NCBI RefSeq assembly: GCF_001194135.2
Contig: NC_068983.1
Coordinates: forward strand, 144,460,518 to 144,524,517
Source: Octopus bimaculoides
Lineage: Eukaryota
Direction of reading: 5' to 3'
Length of the DNA stretch: 64,000 nt
Position 1 is the stretch's first letter. Each line of letters opens with the position of its first letter. The notes below the pieces were generated by a model that ran no database searches, was not told the origin of the DNA, and saw only the letters and a list, made by a program, of their open reading frames with translations. Position numbers and translations under genes: made by a program. Below are positions 53,839-64,000 of this stretch, in pieces.

Positions 53839-54265
53839 TCTTTACTCTTTTACTCTTTTACTTGTTTCAATCATTTAACTGCGGCCATGCTGGAACACCG
53901 CCTTTAGTCGAGAAAATCGACCCCGGGACATATTCTTTGGATGCCTAGTACTTATTCTATCGGACTCATTTGCCGAACCGCTAAGTTACGGGCACGTAAA
54001 CATACCACCATCGGTTGCCAAGCGATGTTGGGGGGGGGGGACAAACACAAACACACAAACACATACAGACACATACATATAAATATTCATATATATATAC
54101 ATATATACGACGGGCTGCTTTCAGTTTCCGTCTGCCAAATCCACTCACAAGGCTTTGGTCGGCCCGAGGCTACAGTAGAAGACACTTGCCCAAGGTGCCA
54201 CGCAGTGGGAATGAACCCGGAACCATGTGGTTAGTAAGCAAGCTACTTACCACACAGCCACTCCT
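53839..54265 (-). mobile_element. Full-length tRNA-derived SINE, family 1 (octopus OR-like)
   Basis: Minus strand aggagTGGCTGTGTGGtaagtagcttgc...GGTTCATTCCcactgcgtggcaccttgggcaagtgtc..., internal TA/TG microsatellite, 3' ccagcatggccgcagttaaatgattgaaacaag and (taaaagag)n tail. Confidence 0.88.
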
Positions 54266-54353
54266 ACCAGAACTTGAGTTGAGTTGGATTCAAAATAATT
54301 TGGAAATCAAAATATGAAGCACCAAGTCCTAGTCCCAGTATTCGTATAGAGAG

Positions 54354-54480
54354 AGGCTAGCGAGTTGGTAGAATCGCTAGTATGCCGGGCAAAATGCTTA
54401 GCTGTATTTCGTCTGCCCTCAGTTCTTAGTTCAAAAATTGCTCCGAGGTCGACTTTCATCCTTTCGAGGTTGATATAATA
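54354..54480 (+). mobile_element. Diverged SINE family 2 copy
   Basis: gcgagttggtagaatcgctagtatgccgggcaaaatgcttagc.gtatttcgtctg...ccgaggtcgactttcatcctttcg. Older relics occur near 34312, 41310 and 46485. Confidence 0.7.
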
Positions 54481-55716
54481 GGCTTATCCCCTTCCAAGAA
54501 ATTAATATTTGTATAGAGATAAACATATCTTCTACTAAGAATACTTTTGTATACATGTGAACCACGCAATCTACTGATTTGTAGAAAAGTCATATGAAAT
54601 CGTCGTCAATATATCGAAATCCTTAGAGAAATAAAACTGTTAGAGCTCAATATTCTCGTGACATTATAAATCTGCTGGCATCTGAAACTCAGCATTGGAA
54701 GCTCTCGGTTACTATTTCTTGTTGTTATCGTTTCGTATATTGATGACTTACTGCAAACTCTATGATTCAAAAAATAAATTATGAAAGGCTCTATTGAGAC
54801 TTGAATAAAATTTAATTTTACACATTTGTAGGGAGTTTCATTTTACATATCATATAGATTTGTTCGTTAATAATGTAAAGACTGAGATGTATTTGTACAA
54901 CTAGATAGATTGAAGCCACGAATATTGTTTAGGTAACAGAAGCAGTACATAGCCCGTGGCAGAAAATGAACGATTGATTCGTGGTCCCGGTAATCAGACA
55001 TCTAATTGATTGGGTCACTTTTGAGTCGAAACACGTTTTTTTTGCACTCCACTCTTTATAAGCTGCAAAATCAGAAAACTGTAGATCGTCTCTGAAATAG
55101 CAGACATCCTGCCTGAGAGAACCTAATTTTAATTGCACGATCGTGCTGTTTGTAATTAGCTCTCCCTTCAATTCAATGGAAATGTAATCATATGATTATT
55201 GGTGACAGTTGTGCGAGCCAAAGCCCAATTTTCTTGTAAAGATTCGAAATGAGATTGATTATCTTTCTTTTTATTCTTGGTGCAACAAATCTTCAATTAA
55301 ACAAATAATGGAATGACTAAAATAAACAAAACAAACAAATATGTAAATCATCATTCAGCATTTTAAACAAAGCAATATTTTATGTCATTCTGTCTGGTTG
55401 AAAATAGTAGTTTTAATTAGGTCTACTTTAAAATTTGTTTGTTTCTTTTATGCCTAACAAAATATATCCAGTAGAAAGAACGATGATCACACGGAACGAA
55501 TAAGTAAAATAATGTTTTTACTAATTAAAGACCAATATTATCTCGGGTTTGTTTATAGATATAAAATAAAATGATAGAAAGCGTTATTTGCTAGTAATAA
55601 CAGTATTGAGTGTGGTTGGAGGGTGCAAGTAATCGGAAAATGTATAACAAATGGTTAGAAAAGGAATAATAAATCAGAAAAAGAAGAAAATACTAAAGAG
55701 ACGCAATAAAACCTTC

Positions 55717-56287
55717 GGCACTGTCATGCTATTAGCTGTCAGAAGTGAAAGTGCTCACTGCTAGTGAAGTATCTGTCTGTCTGCCTGTCTGCCTGCTTGC
55801 CTGCTGAACTATCTGTGTGTCCGTCAGTCTTCTGCCTGCTGGTTTGAGTTGATACTTTGGCTTACTTACTTACTGATATCTATCTACTATCTATCTATCT
55901 ATCAATCACTCGTCCACCTTATTAGAAAACACAAATTTAATATAAAAACATATTTCCTGAAATTGCAAATTATTTAAAATATAAAAATATAATTTTCAAC
56001 AGAGAGAATTNNNNNNNNNNNNNNNNNNNNNNNNNNNNNNNNNNNNNNNNNNNNNNNNNNNNNNNNNNNNNNNNNNNNNNNNNNNNNNNNNNNNNNNNNN
56101 NNNNNNNNNNNNNNNNNNNNNNNNNNNNNNNNNNNNNNNNNNNNNNNNNNNNNNNNNNNNNNNNNNNNNNNNNNNNNNNNNNNNNNNNNNNNNNNNNNNN
56201 NNNNNNNNNNNNNNNNNNNNNNNNNNNNNNNNNNNNNNNNNNNNNNNNNNNNNNNNNNNNNNNNNNNNNNNNNNNNNNNNNNNNNNN

Positions 56288-56362
<75 letters not shown>

Positions 56363-56513
56363 TATAGCTCGCTCCGGCCAGTCATGGTATTAGCTGTCAG
56401 TAGCCAAAGAATCGACAGGCCAGCAACAGGCATGCAGGCAGACAGGCAGACAGACAGATACTTCACTAGCAGTGAGCACTTTCACTTCTGACAGCTAATA
56501 GCATGACAGTGCC
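55717..56513. mobile_element. Intact non-autonomous DNA transposon (MITE), ~85-bp TIRs, GG...CC ends, 8-bp TSD
   Basis: TIR ggcactgtcatgctattagctgtcagaagtgaaagtgctcactgctagtgaagtatctgtctgtctgcctgtctgcctgc mirrored at 56430-56513; TSD aaaccttc at 55709-55716 and 56514-56521. Confidence 0.9.
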
Positions 56514-56583
56514 AAACCTTCGTTACAGAATTTCTCATGCTTTAGTGAAGTGGAATGTGTTCTTGCACACACACGCACACACA

Positions 56584-56615
<32 letters not shown>

Positions 56616-56965
56616 TACACACACTAACACTCACACGCACACACGTACACGGACACATACTCATGGAAGCGAACATACACACACTCGTGGGCATGAATAT
56701 GGGTATTCCTGTGTTAAGAGGTAATAAACGCCTGGAGATATTTTCATCAAATGTTTATCTTTTGAGTGCCTCCTACATTCTGACCACGTTTCTCTCTTTC
56801 GTTACTGCCATACCAAGCTACTAACATACAGGTCTCTCCTTCATCCTGATTATATTTTGTTTTCGTAAACATCCGCGTAGCCATCCACTCAATAATAATA
56901 ATGATGATGACGATGATGGTGACAAGGACGACGACGGCGACAACAACAACAGCAACGATAGAGAT

Positions 56966-57880
56966 CAATGGAAAAACTGGAATACAGAGTTAACTTCTTG
57001 TGGAAAATTTTTGGCGAAGGTTATCATGAAGAGAGGCATATTTCAAGGAGATAACCCATCACCACTGCTGTTTATGATTTGTGTGATACCACTCATTCAG
57101 ATACCACGGAAAGTGACAACGGAGTACACCTTGAAAACTGGAGGAAAATTAAATCATCTGTTATATATGGATGAATTAAAGATCTTTGGAAAGACCGAAC
57201 GTGAAATAAATGCTATAGTTTCAACGGTGCAGATATTCAGGAAGGATATCGGAATGGAATCTGGGACTAAAAATCGTGGTACGCTTATAATACAAAGAAG
57301 TAAAATAGTGTCGAATGGTGTAGAGCTACCCAAAATCAAGGATATTGAGACTAATGGATATAAACATCTGGAAATGTTAGAATACGACAAAATCAAGGAA
57401 AGTGAATTGAAAGATAGCTTTAGGCGAAAATATCTCAGAAGAACCAGGTTAATTATGGGAAGTAGACTCAATGGAAAAAAACAAAATCAGAGCAATGGGA
57501 AAAAAACAAATTCAGAGCAATATTTTCATGTGATAAATATGAGGTCCTAGAAATTGAAAAACAAAAGATATAGTATCTTAAAGTGGGAACTGTTCCTGTT
57601 ATTGTAGGTGCCCTAGGTATGATAAGAAAGAGATGTCAGAAACATCTAGATAATATCTCGGGAGAACCATGTCACAAAGAAATCCAAAGAACTGGGCTAA
57701 TAAGTACTGCCCACATCCTTAGAAAACTCCTATCAATTTTAATGTATATGTTGTATCACATGAAAATATTTTGCTACTGCCCCTTCCACGTCCCCTCCCT
57801 AAGCTTTCAGGCATACTGTAACATCTCTTATCCTTCATTTGCCCTAGGACGCTGGATGTGTCTTGGCGAGTAATTGTAAT
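56966..57880 (+). mobile_element. R4-clade retrotransposon fragment A (RT domains 4-7 joined to the REL C-terminus and 3' UTR)
   Basis: KRGIFQGDNPSPLLF...LNHLLYMDELKIF...DIGME..YKHLEMLE, then TVPVIVGALGMIRK...EIQRTGLISTAHILRKLLSI*. Confidence 0.9.
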
Positions 57881-57989
57881 ATAAAGCCCAAAGTAAGGAA
57901 ACCTTGCTAGTGACAGCTGGGGATTGATCTAAGAAGGGGAAAGGGAAAACTGAACCACTTGCTATTCACAAAAGCTATTCACAAATACT

Positions 57990-58915
57990 GAGGCAGAACT
58001 GCTCGGATTTTCTCCAGTGATATTAAGATGGAGTTTGGACTCTCAAAATGTGCTATGATGGTGATGAAATGAGGAAAGCTTGCCAGGACAAAAGGCATAT
58101 ATTGGACAAATGTTGAAATGATGAAGGCGATTCAACCTCAATCCAGCTATAAATACTGGGAATACTTGAGGCAGATGGAATCAAACCCCACCACATGGTA
58201 TGGCGCTGGAATCTTGACGTGGACAGAGGAGGAGCTAAAGAAACTGGACAGGGTGTCAAGAAACCTCTTAACGATGCATGATCCCATCATCCACGTGTAG
58301 ACACTGATCGCTTATACATGAAGAGAGCAAATGGATGAAGGGGACTGGACTGATAAATGTGGAAGTCTGCGTGTGCATCGAGCTCGAGAGCTTAATGAAA
58401 TACCCAACCCAAAGTAAGAAAACCTTGCTAGTGACAGTTAGGAACGTGGAAGTATTGAGAGCAGAAAAAAAGGGAAAAATAAAGAAGTGCAAAAAGGACA
58501 TGACGCAAGAGGGACTACACCATCAGCTCCATGTAGCCACAAGAGAAGCTGGTGGAAAGAATTGGTGGGATTGGCTGATGAAAGGAACATTAAAAAAAGA
58601 GATTGAGAGCACTACACTGGCAACACTAGACCAAGCTTTGACCAGGAACTGGAGGGCCAACCTAAGAAATGAGCAAGTGTCTCTGCTGTGCTGCATCTGC
58701 AATAGAGTGGATGAAACCATCGCCCATATCACAAACGAATGCCCTAGACTTGCCCCAAACCACTACAAGTTGTGGCAACATGATCAAGTAGCGGAAGTGC
58801 TACACTGGAAACTGCGAAAAGTGGGGGCTAGAAAGAGACAAGACATGGCATGAGCACAGACTGCAGAGAGAGACGGAGTCGCAGACTATCAAAATCCTTT
58901 GGGATTTCCAAATCC
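57990..58915 (+). mobile_element. R4-clade retrotransposon fragment B (RT domains 6-7, thumb, CCHC knuckle, start of REL)
   Basis: DIKMEFGLSKCA, YKY, YGAGILTWTEEELKKLDR, HHPRVDTDRLY, DQALTR, CCICNRVDETIAHITNEC, HDQVAEVLHW, KILWDFQIQ. Confidence 0.9.
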
Positions 58916-58919
58916 AAAG

Positions 58920-60113
58920 TGAAGGAAGATGTAGTGAGGGAGAAGCAGCCAGATCTAAGATTAGCTAGTGTATTGATGAATAAAATGTTAGGAAAAATGC
59001 CGAATTGGAAGAGCCCAGGACCAGATTTAGCTCAAGGGTACTGACTAAAGAAATTCACTAGTTTACATGGGAGCTGAGGGAACAATTTCAGGATTGCTTT
59101 AATGGAGGGATAATACAAGATTGGATGACTAGTGGGAGGATAATGTTCATTATGAAGGATAATAGCAAGTGTAATACGGCAAGCAACTATAGACCAATCA
59201 CTTGCTTACCATTAGCGAGGGAGATGTTTACGGGAATGCTTTCAGAAATTATTTACGAGCACCTTGACAACCAGAAATTACTGCCAGAAGAACAGAAAGG
59301 TTGCAGGAAGAAGGCTAGAGGAATGTATGATCTATCATATATAGATAAAGCTGTTCTAAATGGAGTAAAAGCTAGAAAGAAAAATCTAACAATAGCATAG
59401 ATAGATTATAGGAAAAGCCTATGACATGATTCCACACTCATGGATAAGAGAATTAATTAGCATTAGCATGAAGAAATGGAAAGTAGACTCCACCGAATGG
59501 CAGGAGTAGCAAGATTATATTTGCCTAGAAAGGAAAGCAAAAGGGGGTTAATATCAGTAGAAGACCGCGTGGAATTAGTTAGAGTAGATATAGACTTCTT
59601 TGTAGGTAATAATGAAGAAAGTCTATTAAAAGCTGCTAAAGACATAGCAAGACACTGGGAAACCAAAACACCAAACGAAGTTAAAAATCAGGAAAAAAGA
59701 ACAGAAATTATCTGACTGGCAGGAGAAGGCGTTGCATGGTAGATACCCAAACATAGTTTCAGCAAATAATTGTAGTGAGACATGGTTATGGCTACAAAAG
59801 TAAAAGCTGACGAGGGAGACAGAAAGTTTGTTAGTAGCTGCACAAGATCTAGCATTAAGGACTAAATCGATAAAAGCCAAGATAGACAAAAACCAAGTAG
59901 ATTCCCAATGTAGATTATGCAATTCAAAACAGATAAGCGTTACTCATATAGTAAGTGAATGTAGCATGCTGGCACAGAAAGAATACAAGAAAAGACATGA
60001 CAATCTAGAGAGAGCAATCCACTAAAGTACTAGAAAGTAAGAAATACAAGAATTTGTGGCACTTTAACATTCAAACTGACAGAGTAATAGAAGCTGGACA
60101 GTTTGATTTGGTG

Positions 60114-60177
<64 letters not shown>

Positions 60178-60590
60178 ATAAAGAGAATAGAAAGTGCCAG
60201 ATAATTGACTTTACAGTCCCAAATGATGAAAAAATTAATATGTGAACTATAAAAAAATAGCAAATTACTGGGACTTAACTCTTAAATTATAGAGACTATG
60301 TGAAATGTATCCCAGTAAAATGTACTCCAGTAGTTATAGGTGCATTGGGAGATATCCCTAAAGATCTGAATAGATGGATAGAGGAAATAGGTATAAAACC
60401 CAGTTTAGTACAGCTGCAGAAAACTGTTATTAGGGACATCTGGGATACTTAAGAGGGTTTTTGGCATCTAAGGTTACTTGCTGTAACCCAATCGGAGGGT
60501 GATTGGTATTTAAGGCTACTTGTTGTGGCCCGATGTTAGGATTCTTTTCTTTTGCAACATTGTAATCTGTTGAGTATATATGAATAACAA
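58920..60590 (+). mobile_element. R4-clade retrotransposon fragment C (RT domains 0-3, deletion, thumb, CCHC, REL, 3' UTR)
   Basis: MPNWKSPGPD, NYRPITCLP, EQKGCRK, IDYRKAYDMIPHSWI, then RLYLPRKESKRGLISVED, ETESLLVAAQDLALRT, CRLCNSKQISVTHIVSEC, RHDN, LWHFNIQTDR...DLVVV(V)nDKENRKCQIIDFTVP, PVVIGALG...LQKTV. Confidence 0.92.
60111..60176 (+). repeat. (GTG/GTA)n in-frame expansion inside the REL catalytic motif
   Basis: About 22 Val codons between FDL and DKENRK. Confidence 0.95.
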
Positions 60591-61693
60591 TAAAAATCAG
60601 TAGCATTCATGACGATAAATGATAATCTTATTCAAGTACTGGAAATAATTTTTCCTTTTACATTTCTTATATTTAGTGATATACTTTGTGGAAAATCTAA
60701 ACTGAAATAAAATGATACTGAAATAAAAGGAATATAAACGTGTACTAAACAAATAACATAAGCAAAAGATGAATGAAATCGCGAATTTAGTTTTACAGAC
60801 GAATATATTAATAGTAAACAAACAAGACATCGTATCTATAGTAGAAAATTCAAGAGACATTCTCTGGAAACATATTACAAATAAATATTTTAAAAAGCTA
60901 AGCAGAAATAGCAATGTAGAAGTTATAAACTTCCATAATAAAAGTTTTGAAGAATTATAAATTTTCGTTGAGAAAACTGATATAGAAATCTCAAAGAATA
61001 TGAAAGTAGAATAGAAGACATTTATGAATTATTAAAGGTTCTGATGGGTGAAATTATAGACGTTAACAGCAGGAAATGTTGACGCAATATAAATTTTGAA
61101 GCGTAAATAAAGACGTATACAACTACATATCAGTTTAGTTGGTGAAAATGTCAAATAAAGCGAATTGTAACAGTCATACAAATCAGATGAAAAACCCTTG
61201 TTGTTTATATAAAGTGAACGTTTTATAGCTAGCTGTATCTTACTTTTAAAACCGCGCCTATAGAGCTAATAGATAGATCAAATTATAACAGAACAGTTAG
61301 TATTAAGTGATTGACAGTATTTTTATCATTGTCACTGAGAAGGTCACAGATGTGTGACGAAAGATTTCCGGACAATGGACATAAGTTAGAAAAGGAACAG
61401 TAACAAACAAATGGAGAACAAATATATAGTGTGTGTGTTTATTTGGCAAAATAAATAAATAAATGACTGTCCAGAAATACAACAATAGCTGTTTCAACAC
61501 ATGACTTTACATCAGAAATCTTGCAACACAAATTCATAAATCTTTATTATTGATTTTGTTAATGCTTACGTCCAGATCAGCTGTTATCAAAAAGATCTAT
61601 GATCGAAAGCGTTCCAGAGATTATCTCCTCTTCTTTGCTTTTAGTCATACTATATCTAGAACTGTACTATGCAATGTACTATTCATTTTCAAG

Positions 61694-61774
61694 GAGGTAC
61701 TGCATGAATTGTGAAGGAATTGGAAGCATTTGTAAAGATTTCGTTATTGGTTCGACTCAATATATATTGTCAGG
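61694..61774 (+). CDS. Candidate 81-nt symmetric exon (unverified)
   Basis: tattcattttcaag| phase-2 RYCMNCEGIGSICKDFVIGSTQYILS(G) |gtaatg. The other two phases hit stops; contains CxxCxGxG. Confidence 0.2.
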
Positions 61775-63586
61775 GTAATGTGGATACCTACTTCTATATA
61801 GAAACTGAGAGGCGTTAATTGCTGAAAACTGAGATGCTCGTTTATATGTCCAAATACTTCCATTAATTACTTATGCATTTCCAGTTGTGTAAGGTATATA
61901 ACGGCAGTTTACTAAGAGCATTCATGCTTTTGTTGTCAGAATTAACGAAACTTAGATGTCACTAATAATAAATAATCTCGCGCGTGAAATAATATAAATG
62001 CATTTAGCAGAAGGAAATTTAAGACGATAAAAATATATTGCCAATCCCATCGTTGGAAATCATTACTTTAAAGTGTTATTCCTCCTTAATTAAGGTGCAA
62101 TAAGCTTCATTAAATGTATAGCTCATTATTTAATGAAACAAAGTATTTTTTTTTTCTCTTCAGAGATCTTAAGCAAAATGAACCGGAGAAAGACGTGCAA
62201 GATATCAAGTAAAAGAAGGGTTTATGTAGTTAGTGCCAAATTTTATTTATTCAGTCGCCAGCACACATATGGGAGTCCCATGAAGAAAATAAATTCCCAT
62301 TCACTTTACATGTGATCTTCTCGATCGGTTAACTCATCAACATAACTTTCACTGTGTAGAGAAAACTGCAAAAGCGATTGTAATCGTTTATAGAGGCGTT
62401 ACTTTCTGGTGTAAATTACCTTATCCATTGTATATAATGATTTGCAACGTTGGATTAATATATATATATGTATGTATATANNNNNNNNNNNNNNNNNNNN
62501 NNNNNNNNNNNNNNNNNNNNNNNNNNNNNNNNNNNNNNNNNNNNNNNNNNNNNNNNNNNNNNNNNNNNNNNNNNNNNNNNNNNNNNNNNNNNNNNNNNNN
62601 NNNNNNNNNNNNNNNNNNNNNNNNNNNNNNNNNNNNNNNNNNNNNNNNNNNNNNNNNNNNNNNNNNNNNNNNNNNNNNNNNATATATATATATATATATA
62701 TATATATACACGAACTTTGTGTAACTAGAGTATGTAAATGTTCTAAATACACGTAATAGAAAACGATATAAACGGTACAGAACCGATAAACCAATTTAGC
62801 AGAAAGTAGTTAGGATTTCGCATTTCCAAACATGCCTACTGGAGCAAAATTTCAACTTCAGCACAAGACATTAATGAATGGACATGAAACATAATAATTG
62901 TAAATACTTTAATAGTTTTGCCTTATTAGGCATTCTATTTTGGTCATTTTAGCTTCCGGCAATGAATTCGTACGGAATTTTATTTATATATATCAATAAT
63001 AAACACACACACACATATGCATATTAATAACAACTCATTGAACACATATAGACACACGAACCATAAACACACACAAATATAAATGTATATGTTCATGTGA
63101 GAGTGTGTGTGCGTGTGCATATGTGTGTGTATATGTGCTTGTATAATTGTATCTTAGTTCCTTGTCTATTGTAAATTGCTTGTTATGAAAATCTCTCTTA
63201 AAGATTTATTATGGTAATAATCATATTATCACATATAATATATATTCAATGTAAAATGGATATTCACTCGGGCAAGTAACTATGCTTCTATGTATATATA
63301 TATATATATATATATCAAAGAGGGAAAATATCGATCATTACGATACAAAAGGCCATAGGAAGAGCCATGCTAGGAAATTCATTGCGTGTACATGTCCAAA
63401 ATGCAGCAATTCGAGAACGAAGCAGAGTGAAAATATACTAATATATCTTGTCTGTTGAAAATCCATATTTCGTGCAGCTAAAGATAGCGCTGTATTTAAA
63501 TTGATGTAATGATTACATTGTCCAATTAAATGGAACCTCTTGAAACGGTCGTACTGCATTACTACTTGACATTCTGTCACTTATTT

Positions 63587-63640
<54 letters not shown>

Positions 63641-64000
63641 CCCAAAAATGGAATAAGAACATAACAAACGACAATAAAAACATACGGACAGATAGACGAT
63701 ACAAAAACGGAAAGGGAAAAAACAAGGACAGATCATTCATGGCCTTCTATCCATCAGTCAAGATTCCAAATTGTCATTACAGTTTAGGCTTGTTACACTT
63801 GAGACTGTTCAAAATTATCCGGCCCCAAAATCTACGCTAAGAGCATTACATTTTTGGAATAAAGCAAACGAATGTGTACGACAACGCAGACAAAAAAGAA
63901 ACGAGAACGCAGAGAAAATGTTGCACGATTACAAATACAAACAATAAGAGAATAACAAGTGTCGTTCGACTAATAAGGACGAATCAAATTGAGCTGACGT

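Overview
AT-rich eukaryotic genomic DNA from a draft assembly, with 17 N-gaps (about 6.5 kb) that almost all abut microsatellites. The SINE families and the extreme (TA)/(CA)/(TCTA)/(AAT) microsatellite load fit an octopod cephalopod best (inference). No complete protein-coding gene is visible, and nearly all ORFs in the supplied track are microsatellite, gap or transposon artefacts. The window is intergenic or lies inside very long introns. It holds at least six fragments of R4/Dong-type restriction-endonuclease retrotransposons, several abutting trinucleotide arrays and two with stuttered 5' junctions. It also holds a CR1-type LINE 3' end, a mariner relic, a piggyBac C-terminal relic, several tRNA-derived SINE families, fold-back MITEs (one intact with an 8-bp TSD), and Penelope-like terminal repeats carrying minimal type I hammerhead-ribozyme motifs of three different sequence families. 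The most unusual structures are four: a perfect palindrome carrying a hammerhead motif on each strand (21781-21904); a divergent tRNA-Thr(UGU)-like gene inside a nested inverted duplication (35033-35518); a pair of strong AG|GTAA sites resembling recursive-splice sites or microexons (46855, 47037); and a few isolated candidate exons. All calls come from reading the sequence by eye, with no searches run.
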